A stretch of 30,833 nucleotides of DNA, from the NCBI GenBank assembly GCA_010093605.1, contig MU004201.1, positions 310,001 to 340,833 of the forward strand. Reading direction: 5' to 3'. Of this stretch, positions 12,064 through 23,400 are shown piece by piece; the first letter of the stretch is position 1, and each line of letters opens with the position of its first letter. This DNA comes from Lophium mytilinum (lineage: Eukaryota). A program made the translations under genes and the position numbers. The notes beneath the pieces were generated by a model. That model did no database searches and was not told the origin of the DNA. It saw only the letters and a list, made by a program, of their open reading frames with translations.

Positions 12064-15051
12064 ATGGCGTCTTCTTCTTCCAGCCTGGTTCCGGTCGCCA
12101 CAGGCAGTGCCTTTTGGTTTAATTACCAGGGCAAGATGACAACCGTTAATGATGCGCTCGCAGCCATTGCGGAATTTACCCTGAAAATGAGAATGCAATT
12201 ATATTACTACTTTGTGGAATGCGTCACCGACGTCCAGGAGCACATTAACACGGCTGCTCAATCTATTCTTGACGTAGCAACGCGAGACGTCCAAGCACGC
12301 GCGCTCCTTACTCCTGCGCAGTTCAAAGAGGCATTCCGCCCGCTCACTGAGGTTGCCCAGATGACTTGAGATAGCCGCACCCGCGCAGTCGCTGCTAGGG
12401 CCAAGGTTCAAGAGGTCTTTGGCGACCTAGTTAAGGAGAAAATTAGGGTCCTCCGCCAGATCAACACTACGCACGGAGCACCTATCGTCAATAGGTACCT
12501 GCGGACCTATCCTAGGGACTTTAAGCGGGTAAATAGTGCGCTGCTTACCCGCCTTACCACCCAAGCCTCTGCTAGGAAGACCCCCCACCTTATAGCTGTT
12601 GACTTCATCACAGCATTAACGCCGATATATCAACCTTAATACTTCTCGAACGAGGTTATTCTTTCCCTTGGCCTCGGGCGCCATCCGCTGGGCTTCTTAC
12701 TTCCCCTTAGCGATCTACCACCGGTAATAGATCGCTTTACCACGGTTCCGCCCGATGCATTGTCCTTAATCAAGCTCCCTTATCGAAGCGCGCCGCCCTC
12801 TCGCCTAGAAACCCCCGTCAAGGCCCCTCCTTAAGACGTTGAGATGGCCTCCCCTATGTCGTCCGCGCTGTCCTCCCCTAGGGATGTCGGAACCCCTTAA
12901 TTATTTGGTTACCCGTCGCCGCACCCAAAGCCCCAAGACACGCTTCCAGCCCCCCGAACGACTCGTACCTTCCTGGCTGCCGTGGACTACAGTGAGCTGG
13001 ACCTAGAAGAAGACGAGGCCCTGCTGGAGGACCAGGTTGAGTCCCTGGTCGCCCTAAACTCAGCACCCTCCCGATGCACCTGCGATTCCTCCGTGCAGCC
13101 TGCTCTTAAAATAAAGCTGCAGTCTAAGACAAGAATAACTGATTTCGAGCGCATGCGAACACTGACCAGCTGGTTCAAGAATACTGGCCCCAACCCATCT
13201 CGCTGCTTCGTCTGCTATCACCATACGCGCGCGATGGCAGCCCACCTAGGCCTTAAGAGCGGCCACGGGACCTACATTTAGCTGATTTCGAGGCTCCGCT
13301 ATATCTATAACCATCGCGAAACCTTTAGTTCCTTAAAGGTAGCTAATAACACATTTAGTTGGTTCCGCAAGGAGGCTCGTCCACCCGTCCTATTTGATGA
13401 GCTTAGACCCTACCGTTTTAATCACAACACTGCAGCTACTTGTGGATCCAACTTCAAGGTCCCTGTCCTTTAACTCTAGCAGCGGATTCTCGGCTCTAAG
13501 GTCCTATTAGATGCCTGGCATAGGGATGGCACTATTGTTCTCCCAGACGCTTTTAGATAGTGGCGATCCAGCGGTCTCCTAGCCATCTTCCACGAGGAAA
13601 TGGAGATGTATTTGTGGCACCAGCGAGTAATTAGCGGCCGCCCGAACTATGGTTGGCTGCGCTCTATGGTGCACGGACTTAGTTAGCAGGTTATAAGGAT
13701 AGATTCTTAGTACTACCGGCAATATATTGCCCTTCGCCCGGACCATTAATGGTGCCTAGTCTCCTTTCCGTACTATGCTAAGTTTGCTGTTCCCGGCGAT
13801 TATACGGCATTCCAGCACATTAATCTAAATATTAAGGAGTTAGTGCTATACGACCGCGGAATTAACGCCCTTCAAGGCAGTATTTCCCTGGATGATGAGC
13901 GAAATGATGACTGCACTTAGCTGGTTTTCGGCATGCACAGGAACATTTAGAACTAGTACCAGCGCATGGTGAGCGAGAATTGCCCCCTCGCAGATGGCAA
14001 GGTTTAAAGCATCAACAGCGAGATGTGGAATGCGGAAGACATTACGCTCTATGGCGACTTCTAACCCCAGCCCGTGAATAACTGTGGAGTTTGTATCTCT
14101 ATGCCTTATCTGCCCTATGGCGCGCTTAGCCCTTGCAAATAAGTCCGCCGCACCCTCCTCCCCTGGTTTGTAGGCATTTAGAAGGATTACGTCTATCTAG
14201 AGATTACGGAAGGCACTACGTGGCCGGAAGTATCCCAGGCGGCGCGCGACCTGATAATGACGAAGAAGACACTCTCTGGGCATGCCTTTATATACGGCAC
14301 CGCACCCTATTAATTCCCTGCAGCCGTGGAGCTTAATCCCCCTCGCGCCATCTATGCTGCACTCCTTGGGCTGCGGAAGTGGGATTTGCCCGCTATTCTT
14401 GCCGAACGAGACTTCCTTCTTACGGCGCCTTAGGCAGAGGTTGACAAGTGGATGCACTAGTACCGGAAGGACATCACTAGGGAGGTAGAGAAGGCCTGGC
14501 CCCTTATCTAAGCGGCTGAGCGCAAGGTTTTCGGCGACAAATTATACTTCAAGTACATGGACGAGAACAGCCACAAGCCGCGCGATTACTAGTATCCTGA
14601 CAATCCTTAATATAGGCCTTTCCCGCCCGCTACTAGCAAGGACATGAACGCAGAGAACGCAGCCTTAATGCCCTATACTAGCACCCCCGATGACTAAGCC
14701 GCTGCCGCAGCTGCGGGTCTTTAACCTATTGCTGCACCTGCTGGGCTCTATTCCCGATCTTCCTCCTCCGCATTATCGTCCTTAGCTGCCTCAGGACGTC
14801 CCCGCACTTTCTTTTCTGCTAGCCGTGGAGGAGGAGACAAGCTGTTGAAACAGGTGCACCAGAGATCGCTGTCTGGCAGTGGTGGAGACTCCTTTCTTAG
14901 TCTTAACTCAGCCTTACAGCAGTCGGCCTTATCTTTAAAGGGAAAGGGTAAGGAGCGCGCCTCCCGGAAGGGCTCGCCCATAATATCACGGCGGAGCTCT
15001 CGCTCTCATAGAGATTCTCCTCTGCCTCCCCCACCTTAGCCGGAATCTTAA
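12064..15051 (+). pseudogene. Extra ORF3 of B (~995 codons): Cys/His module plus PhyH-like 2OG-Fe(II) dioxygenase domain, RIP-inactivated
   Basis: ATG in good context (gcaATGG). Fragments at 12064, 12982 and 14845 share a frame, which reads through with about 25 RIP-type stops and no frameshift. Motifs: WHRDGTIVLPDAF (13516), H-I-(D>N) (13816-13824), LQGSISLDD (13870), VFGMH (13924-13938), LP(H>Y)GA (14110-14124), RR (14146-14151). The end is 15039 or 15051. Confidence 0.8.
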
Positions 15052-15192
15052 TGGGACTAGGAAACTCATCTATTTTCCTTCCGTTGCTGCCTTTGTCTCC
15101 AACGGAACCTCTACTACCTGCGCGGCTTCCTGTCGCCACTGCAGTCTATCCGCTGCCTATGCGAGTTTACATTTCAAATAACTTGCGCCCAC

Positions 15193-15280
15193 TGCGGAAC
15201 GAGCGACTCGTTGCGAAACGAGCTTGCGCTGCGGAACGAGCTCGCGCTGCGGAACGAGCTCGCGCTGCAGAACGAGCGCG
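15193..15280 (+). repeat. 18-bp tandem repeat (TGCGGAACGAGCTCGCGC x ~5) in the 3' UTR of B
   Basis: Units at 15193, 15212, 15230, 15248 and 15266. Confidence 0.92.
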
Positions 15281-15403
15281 GCATTCCCCTTTCCTTCTAT
15301 AAACTGCTAAGTTTATTTCTACAGCCTACCCGTTCTATAGCTAGGCTGTATTAGTCTTCCCATTTCTCTGGCTAACCTTATTAAGCCATCGCTGCACCAG
15401 CTT

Positions 15404-15417
15404 CTAGGTGGGGAGGC
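15404..15417 (+). promoter_or_regulatory. Second PPT copy (CTAGGTGGGGAGGC)
   Basis: 14/14 identical to 15611-15624. Confidence 0.7.
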
Positions 15418-15610
15418 CGCCACTAACTAACACTCTCTGTTTTCCTGCCCACCCCTAACTATCACCACGGCTAAACTTTCTATGCTTCTTTCCTTAGTTC
15501 TCTACAATCTCTATTCCCTTAGCTACCTAGTCTTCTGTTTGTAGCAGTCCTTAGCGATTCTTAGTGTCTATCTACCTTACACGGTCTACTGTATCGTCAT
15601 GGGACGACTC

Positions 15611-15625
15611 CTAGGTGGGGAGGCA
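15611..15625 (+). promoter_or_regulatory. Polypurine tract of B
   Basis: CTAGGTGGGGAGGCA abuts the TG start of the 3' LTR. Confidence 0.88.
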
Positions 15626-15872
15626 TGTGGTAAGGTAGATCGGTGCAGGTATGCGAGCGGCACGTAATAAGCGTCTAGGCCCCTTCTTAATTGTGGAGGG
15701 CGGAGCTTCATCATCTATTATCTCTTCTTCTTACGAAGTCTGCCCTAGGCAGCACGACGGCTACGGCCTTATCTTTAATATAATACAATTGAGGTTATCC
15801 TCTCCTACTCTCTCTCCCCCCTTAGTGAACGTGATCCTTACTCCCTTAACTATCCCGCCCTCTACTACCACA
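15626..15872 (+). repeat. 3' LTR of B (247 bp)
   Basis: TGTGGTA...TACCACA inverted termini; matches 3338-3492 and 30540-30784. Confidence 0.95.
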
Positions 15873-17137
15873 CTACTAGTATATATAGTAAAGGAAATTA
15901 ACTAGTTCTATAATAACTATACTATCTACTACTATTCTAAGTACTCCTAAGATAAGAAATATAGTTTCTTAAGGCCCCTACCTATTCTAAATAAGCGCTA
16001 GCAGTATCTTAGCATTAACTATATTGCTGCCCTACCTAAATGCATCTATAGAGGTATTATATATAAGTATATTATAGTAGTCTATAATAGACTAACTAAA
16101 CACTGCTACTTTATTTCTATAGATAGCCTTAGCTCTAAGGCTCTTATATAAGCCTTCCTTTCTATCTTTACACTTTACGGAGTCTTAGTCTATCCTCTCT
16201 AATAGAGGAAGTAACTTTATCTCTAAGTTCTAGAGACGGCTCTGCTAACGCCTAGATATCTCTCTTAAGATGTCTACCGCCTTCCACCTAGAAATAAATG
16301 GTTAAACTAAATATTCTAACTAAGAACTTAAAGAATATATTTAGAAATATATTAATTATGCATAAGATAACTAGGTAGACTAGCTATCTATTGCGGAATT
16401 CTAAGTAAATAATACTATTTATACCTCTACTAGTATAACGCTCTTTTTTATAGATACCGGCTACTACCCTAGCACCGGCCTTAAACTAGCTATCGCTGTT
16501 ATCTAGATCTAACTAGTAGAGGTAAGAAAGAAATATACATTGCTAATAATATTACTATATCTATAGAGAACCTTACTTAAGTTCTTTAAGAGAATCTAGC
16601 TTAGGCTTAGGAATAATAAGCTAAGTACGCTAATGCACACTAAGTAGACGCTCCGCTATTTAAGATAGGAGACCTAGTCTATATTAACACTAGGAACTAG
16701 AAAACAGAATAACTAGCTAAGAAACTTAATAATAAGTACGCCGGCCCTTACCCTATTATCTATATTATACTAGAAAGTAAAGCTATATAAGTATAGCTTT
16801 CTAAATACCTTAAAGTAGAAGGGATATTTAATATCTTCTACTTTAACCTTCTACACTTATATAAGCCCGACTCTATTCTATTATAGGCTTAACCTAAACT
16901 ATAACCTATCTATATAGTTTAGAATAAAAAAATAAAGACGCAAAAAGAAGAGTACCTTATAGATAAGATTATAGATAGCCGCTATATTAGATAAGGAGTT
17001 TAATATAAGATTAAGTAGGTAGATAACTCTAAGTACTACTAGGAGCCTTTTAAGACGTGGATTAACTATTATAACGCTTAGTTATTCTACTAGAAGTACC
17101 CGTGTAAGCTACGCCCGCCTACCTAAGTTCTACTACC
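15873..17137 (+). pseudogene. pol: Integrase plus chromodomain of element A (resumes after B)
   Basis: Y*Y..VKEIN..(C)..(C) zinc region, LRPLPI, RLTK, SNRGSNFISKF* (~16198), STAFHLEING*T, GPYPI (~16743), chromodomain EEYLIDKIIDSR...YKIK* (~16947-17050). Linkage to 1-3337 is inferred from domain order. Confidence 0.85.
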
Positions 17138-17357
17138 TATTATGGCCGTAACGCGACCCTTATCGCGATACGTTTCTATTATAGGCAACGGCGTCACGTA
17201 GCTTCTATCACGTGCCACCGTGACCTAACCTCGCTTAGCGCCAGCCTCGCCTACCTCTTAGCCGATGCTCCGCGCCCTACTCTCTCTCCTTGTAGCTACT
17301 TTATTATATACTTAATATAATTAGTTTTCTATTACAATTCTATATTGCACTATAATA
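17138..17357 (+). repeat. 5' LTR of C
   Basis: Colinear with 24856-25075; termini are RIP-derived from TGTCACGG...CCGTGACA. Confidence 0.94.
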
Positions 17358-18199
17358 TAAAGTAGCTACCCTTCTAGCTTCTAGAAGATATTAGAAGTAC
17401 TCTTTTTACCTATCTAACTATATATATATATATATACACCGGCGCCATTTACTATCTATAAGCTACTAAAATTTAATTCCTATAACCTTTATTAATAAGG
17501 AACTAGAATAGAAGGAGGCTCTATAACCTTATATTAAGGATACTACAACCCGTTGCCTATATAGACTAACGCGCAGGCCCTATAAACCTACTTGCTATTG
17601 CGCCTCTACCCGCGCACGCGTAAACTAACTAAACCCAGCGCAGTTATTAGATATTATTTACTAATTAGCTTAGCCGCTAAGAACGGCCGCTAAGGAGCGC
17701 ACTAGCTATATCTACTTACTAGCTTTTATAAAGGCCCTATAACCTTCCTTTCTATACTAATCTTTTTCTTTATCTACCTACCTGGACTATTATCTACCTA
17801 CTAGAACACCCTCTACTATTACCTAACTAGTAATAGTTAACTAGCGCAACCCCCTAACACTAGTTCCTCCTTATTTAAGACCCCACAAGCAGAATTAACC
17901 GCCTGCGACATCGAGTCGCGGTAAACACGCTGCAGCGCATTTAGAAGCTTCCTCTGGCGGTGTATACGCTAATAAGAGTAGCAACACTAACCTATACCCT
18001 ACTCTTAATAGCTAAGCTACCTAGTTAATACTAGCTTCTAACTCTTAGTAAGTATAATAAGAGACCTAATACACTAAAGCCTTACTTAAAAAGGCAGGTA
18101 AATTATCTTAATATAGTGTTAGTTCTACTCTAGAGTAGCTAGCCGCTCGCAGTAAACTCTACCTGCCCTAAAAGCTAGTACTATTAGACTAGGCGCAGC

Positions 18200-20460
18200 C
18201 GCTGCCTATAGTCGCCTGTAATAACTAACTATAATCCTCTAGCGCAGCAGTCGCTCCCTTAACCCGGAAGATAAGGAATTCTGTATTACTTCTAATAAGA
18301 AAGATAGCGCGCAGCTTAACTAGGAGCTTGACGAGCTTAATAAAGAGGATGAGGATAATTAATTCTAATCCGCTATAGACCTCCGGAAAGTAGTCTACTT
18401 TAATTAAGGCGACCTCCTCGGCGTATAATAGAATAAGACCGTTCTAGCTAGTCTAGTTCTGCCATTTACTCCTTAAGAAGCTTAGCGCAGCAATAATCTA
18501 CCTTTCTTAGCATAGAGCCCCTCTAGGCTAACTATAGCTATGCTATTACAACCTAACCCGGAGTTACCTACACTAGGCGCATTAGGGCGCCGCAACTCTA
18601 ACTATCGTAAGTTGTACTTTGCTATAATAGCTAAAGGTATTACATTCTATATTAACCGCGATAGAGTTGCCAATACTATTAATATTAACCTTAACTCTGC
18701 TAAAGCCTTCCGGGATGCAGTTTCTGAGCATTATAAGGATATATATTATAAAGTTACTATATTCTAATAAAACCTAGAAGCGCTTTAAGAAGACATGCAG
18801 GCTAAGAACGCGGAATTAAATACTCTCTGCAGCTAAGCTGAAGCTTATAACCTAGAGGAGATCTTATGCTTTTAACGCAAAGTTACTTAACTAAATAAGG
18901 ACATTGCGCGTTTTTAATTAGAAAATAAGAAAGCGTACACTAAGTATAACTAATAGTTTACAACTAAACATAAAGCTTATAAAGATAAAACTCTCCTGCT
19001 TAGTAAAGCACGCCTAGAGATTAAAGCTCTCTGTTAGGACGTCTCCACAGCATAATAGGATTCAGATTAATTGTGAACCTAGTAAGATTACTTTAAGGAG
19101 CTTAGTCTTACCTATAAGCGGCAGTACACTAATTTAAAAGCAAACTAGAAGATAATATTAGCGCCTGCATAATTACGACGCGCTGCCGCTGTTGCCGCAG
19201 GCGACCTTAACTATAACTTAGCGGAAGACAATAATAATAAAGTTAATTGGGACGACTTCGCTATTATAGATAATAACACCATAACTTAGCTTACGTGCCT
19301 GCAGCTCCACGGAGACTATAAGCCTAAATTCCGTAATCTTTAGAAATTTACTAGTAAGAGCGATAAACACTAATACCTATCTTAGAAGAGCTACGCCTAC
19401 GCTATCTTCTAATATAAGGGCCTGGCCTACCTAGATAAGTAGAGCAAGATAGAATATATTAAGTTATACTGCGTTAATTACGCAGAAGCTACTATCTGCA
19501 GCTACATCTAGTTTAAGAAGCCCTTGCTAAATAAGAACTTTAAAACTCTAGACTAGATATTTAAATATATAGACCCGTACTTTACTATTTTTAATAAGCC
19601 CGCGCATATAGATAATATCCTCTATAGCAATAAGGTAAAAATAAAAGGCTGTAAATTTTAGGACATGTACATGCTACGTTTTAAAGAGATAACTAATATT
19701 AATAATAAGAACTAGATGCTCTTCGCTTTTAAGAAAGGATGGCTTAAGCGACTCCTACGTCTAGATCTTAGTAGCTAAGTGTTTAGCAGCGCTAACAGCT
19801 ATTAAGACTGGCCCACGCTTATCGCCGCGGTATTCCGCGCTAAAGCCTTCCTTTAGAATAACGCTTAGCGAGATGCAACTGCCTAGCCCTCTTAATTATC
19901 CGGCTTCTATAATAGTTACCGCAACAACTATTTAAGTAATTACCGACTAAACCGACCGAATAACTACTAAGATTGTCGCCCTAACTAGAACTACAGATAA
20001 AAGTTATCTACTCCTTGCAACGATAAGAGCGATTAAGGCAATCGCTCTATTTACCTTCCCCTATTAGTTATATTAGTCCTGCGCACTAAAGGATACTGCT
20101 TCTACTATATTAAGAAAGGTTACTAAGCTAATAACCCTAAGCGCCCTTGCGCTAATAACCCCCCTCTATCCAAGCGTAAGCTAACTAAGTACCTGTCTAA
20201 AGCCGAGAGTGGACTTAAGCTTAAGCTCTCCGCGATTTATTACGCGGACGAAGATATTAACAACTTAATTTCTATTAATAGTAATAGAGAGAATCTTACT
20301 ATTATTACCTACTCTAATAAAGTATTATCCTCTAGTGTACTTAGTAATATAGATAGTAGCAGCAACTAGGAGGATTTTATATAGGCTCTAACTATAGTTA
20401 TAGATAAAGCTATATAGAATTCTTTCTAAGTACTATTACGGCCCGTATCTAGGAACTAGA
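18200..20460 (+). pseudogene. gag: gag of C (RIP-degraded; boundaries approximate)
   Basis: Lies between the 5' LTR and the protease; coiled-coil-like stretch at ~18770-19150; degenerate zinc knuckle GYCFY(C)..KG(H)...PC at 20091-20150. Confidence 0.65.
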
Positions 20461-20469
20461 ACGGCCACC

Positions 20470-23400
20470 CCTGGAACTAGATAAGATCTAGCTATCCGCA
20501 TGCTCTACTGACTTAACCTAAGACATTACTTACGGCAAGTAGTTAAATTTCAAGTGTAGAATTTATATACCTATTAGCACAACTAATAGCTACTATCTTA
20601 TAAGATACAGGCTGCTCCTGCTTCGCCTTCGTCTTACAATCCTACGCTAAAGCCAACAAGCTAATAACGTTGCCCCTAGCTACTTCTATCCTACTGCGCC
20701 TAGCTAATAGTATATCTATAAAGCTTATTACTTATAAAGCCTAGCTTATGCTATTCTTAGGTGCCTATACTAAGAATATATAGTGTTATATTACTAATCT
20801 TAAGGGCTATAATATTATCTTAGGCACCCCTTAGTTTAAGAAACACAAACTAAATATTATATAGAGTAAACACGCGCTTAACTTTAATAAGGACTTCTGC
20901 TATAATTACTGCCTCTATACCGACAGATGAAGGCGCGTATAGAGCGACGGAAAGAATAGAGATATTACCCGCGTAGGTAAGCGCTTATATAATACCGCAC
21001 TTTAAGAAGTCTTTAGCAAGTATTGGAAACTTAGCCTAGAACTAGATAAGGTAAAGGACATAATAGCAGCCTGCTAAAAGCTCCAGCGCGAAGGCAAAGA
21101 GGACTATATTGTTTAACTCTAGGATAATAACTAGGTAAAACTATAAATAGAGGATTACGAACGCTATTAGCCTTAGCCTATAACTTATCCTCTATAAACA
21201 TCCACCCCGGAAAAGAATCCAGCCCTGTGCGGCCTCGCTAAACTTAATAATATCCTTAATAACGCATAGATAGCCGCTTTTACCGCTAATATATTCGCTA
21301 TTAACCCTTCTAATTACTAGAAGTTCTTTAAGAAAATAAATCGGCCTCTAATTACTAATAAAGAAATTAAGGAGTTACTTCCTAATTAGGTGCACTATAT
21401 AGTAGATGCATAGGATCACCGTAGAGCTAATAAGCTTCCACCTTATTAACTAATAGACTACGCAATTAACGTCCTCCCTAATTCTAAGCCACCTGCCCGG
21501 AAAGTCTACGGCCTTTTAAGAGATTAAGCCGCCATTATTAAAGCTTTCGTTAATAAAATGCGCGCTAAAGGTTTTATTCGCCCGAGCTCCTCCTTATACG
21601 CTGCACCAACCCTAGTTATTAAGAAACTAGGTGGAGGACTCTATGTTTGCATTAATTACTATAGCCTTAATAAGATTAGCATTAAAAGCCGTAATATACT
21701 ACTACTTGTAAAAGACACTCTTATACTGCTGGCTAAAGCTAAGTATTATACAAAACTTAACGTAATTAGCGCGTTTAACGCCCTCTATATTAAAGAAGGC
21801 GACGAATATAAAACAGCCTTTCTAACACGCTAGGGGCTATTTAAATTTATAGTACTCCCGTTTAGTCTATATAATGCACCTAGTTCCTTCTAAGCCTATA
21901 TTAATAACACCCTATAAGAATATCTTAATAATTTCTATACTATATATATAGATAACGTCTTAATATATAGCAATACGCTAGAAGAATATAAGGTACACGT
22001 CCTTACGGTTGTTACTAAGCTCCGCGATGCTGGCCTATTCCTTGACATTTATAAATGCGAGTTCGCCGTCGACAAAGTTAAATATCTTGGGGTGCTTGTC
22101 GGCGTTAACGGCGTTTAGATAGACCTAGCTAAAGTATAAACCGTACTCGACTAGCTAACGCTATAAAACCTTAAGAACGTCTAAGCCTTCCTTAGATTCT
22201 GCAATTTCTATTATTATTTTATTGCTAACTACTCCGCGTTTATAGCTCTACTAATAATACTAATATCTACTATATAAAAAGGCTTTAAGTTTCTATAGCT
22301 AGATAATAGTAACGAAGCAAAGGCTTTTTAAAATGTAAAAGAATATTTCCGCGTAGCCGCCTAGCTTGCATTATAGAACCCTAACTACGATACCTGGGTT
22401 AAATGCGACTCGTCTAATTATACTATAGCAGCCGTGCTATCTTAGGTCTAGCCTAACCGGACGCTCCGCCTAGTTGCCTTTATATTACGATGTATAATAC
22501 TATAATAGATTAATTACGCCATCTATAATAAAGAACTCCTAGCTAAAGTCCTCGCCTTTAAAGAATAGAGACTAGAACTTGCCGGATAGGGATAGGAATG
22601 TAACAGCCTAGTTAATATTATCTTAGATTACAAGAACCTATAAATGTTTATAACTTCTAAAGGCCTTAATTATCGATAAGCTCGCTAGGCCAAGTTTCTT
22701 GCGGAGTTTAACTTTAAAATTACCTATAAACCAGGCAAGTAGAATAAAAAACCTAACCTGCTAACTTAATAACTAGGTAATAAACTAGCCCTAGGCGATA
22801 ATTGGTACAAATGCTAAGAATAAGTTATGCTAAAGCTAGCTAACTATAAAGCAGGAATGCACTACGCCGTAAAGCTTGCGTATATTCTAACTAACACGCT
22901 TAAATGCACTCCTGTTAAACTGGCATAGATAATATACAACTTTAGTAAATTTAATTACCTAGACGATAAAGGCGTTTAGTTAGCAGTTACGCGCATGCGC
23001 TCTCCGCCTACTGTTTTAGATAAGCTAAATAATTCTAGACTACGCGTGCGCATAAGAGGCCGCCCTAAGAAGACGATTACGCCTATAGTTTCTTAACCGA
23101 CAGCCAAGCTAGATAAGATAAAGGACTCTAGCCTAGCTCGCCTACAAGGACGCCCTAAGAAGAATAAGACACCCCTAGTAGATGAGCTATATAATTCTAC
23201 TACCGAGAAACTACCTATAGATAATAAGCTAAATAATTCATCTAAGAAAATAGTTCTTACGGGTAACTAGATCCTTTAAAGGGTCTAAAAGCACTCTAAA
23301 GGCGACCCCGTTATACAAGCTATTAAATACGCTAAACGCCGCAATTAATAACGGCTTTCTACCTAATTCTGCCGAGATTACTACCTATAAATAGAACTAG

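Larger units (their letters stand above)
3338..15872 (+). mobile_element. Ty3/Gypsy LTR retrotransposon 'B', ~12.5 kb, non-chromoviral (Ylt1-like), three ORFs: gag-PR, RT-RH-IN and an extra dioxygenase-like ORF
   Basis: Direct LTRs at 3338-3492 (5'-truncated) and 15626-15872. PBS at 3497, PPT at 15611-15625. Domain order PR-RT-RH-IN. RT motif LPFLDDIGVKGP; no chromodomain. Clade assignment is from motif recall only. Confidence 0.93.

Noticed and set aside
14133..14488. ORFs at 14133, 14197 and 14282
   Set aside because: Alternative frames overlapping ORF3, whose frame carries the conserved motifs.
12064..15051. ORF3 as an env gene, or a stop-codon-reassigned genetic code
   Set aside because: No signal peptide or transmembrane segment is evident, and the motifs are oxygenase-like. 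Stops replace both Gln and Trp and come with D>N and H>Y changes, which is the RIP signature rather than recoding.
15051..15302. 83-aa ORF with AAERAR repeats
   Set aside because: Produced by the 18-bp tandem repeat; no other coding evidence.
15651..15905. 84-aa ORF
   Set aside because: Lies within the LTR and runs across the B/A junction.
17358..17380. PBS of element C
   Set aside because: Too RIP-altered to assign a tRNA or a self-priming mechanism.
17419..17436. (TA)n microsatellite and many TATA-like boxes
   Set aside because: Expected by-products of RIP (CA/TG to TA).
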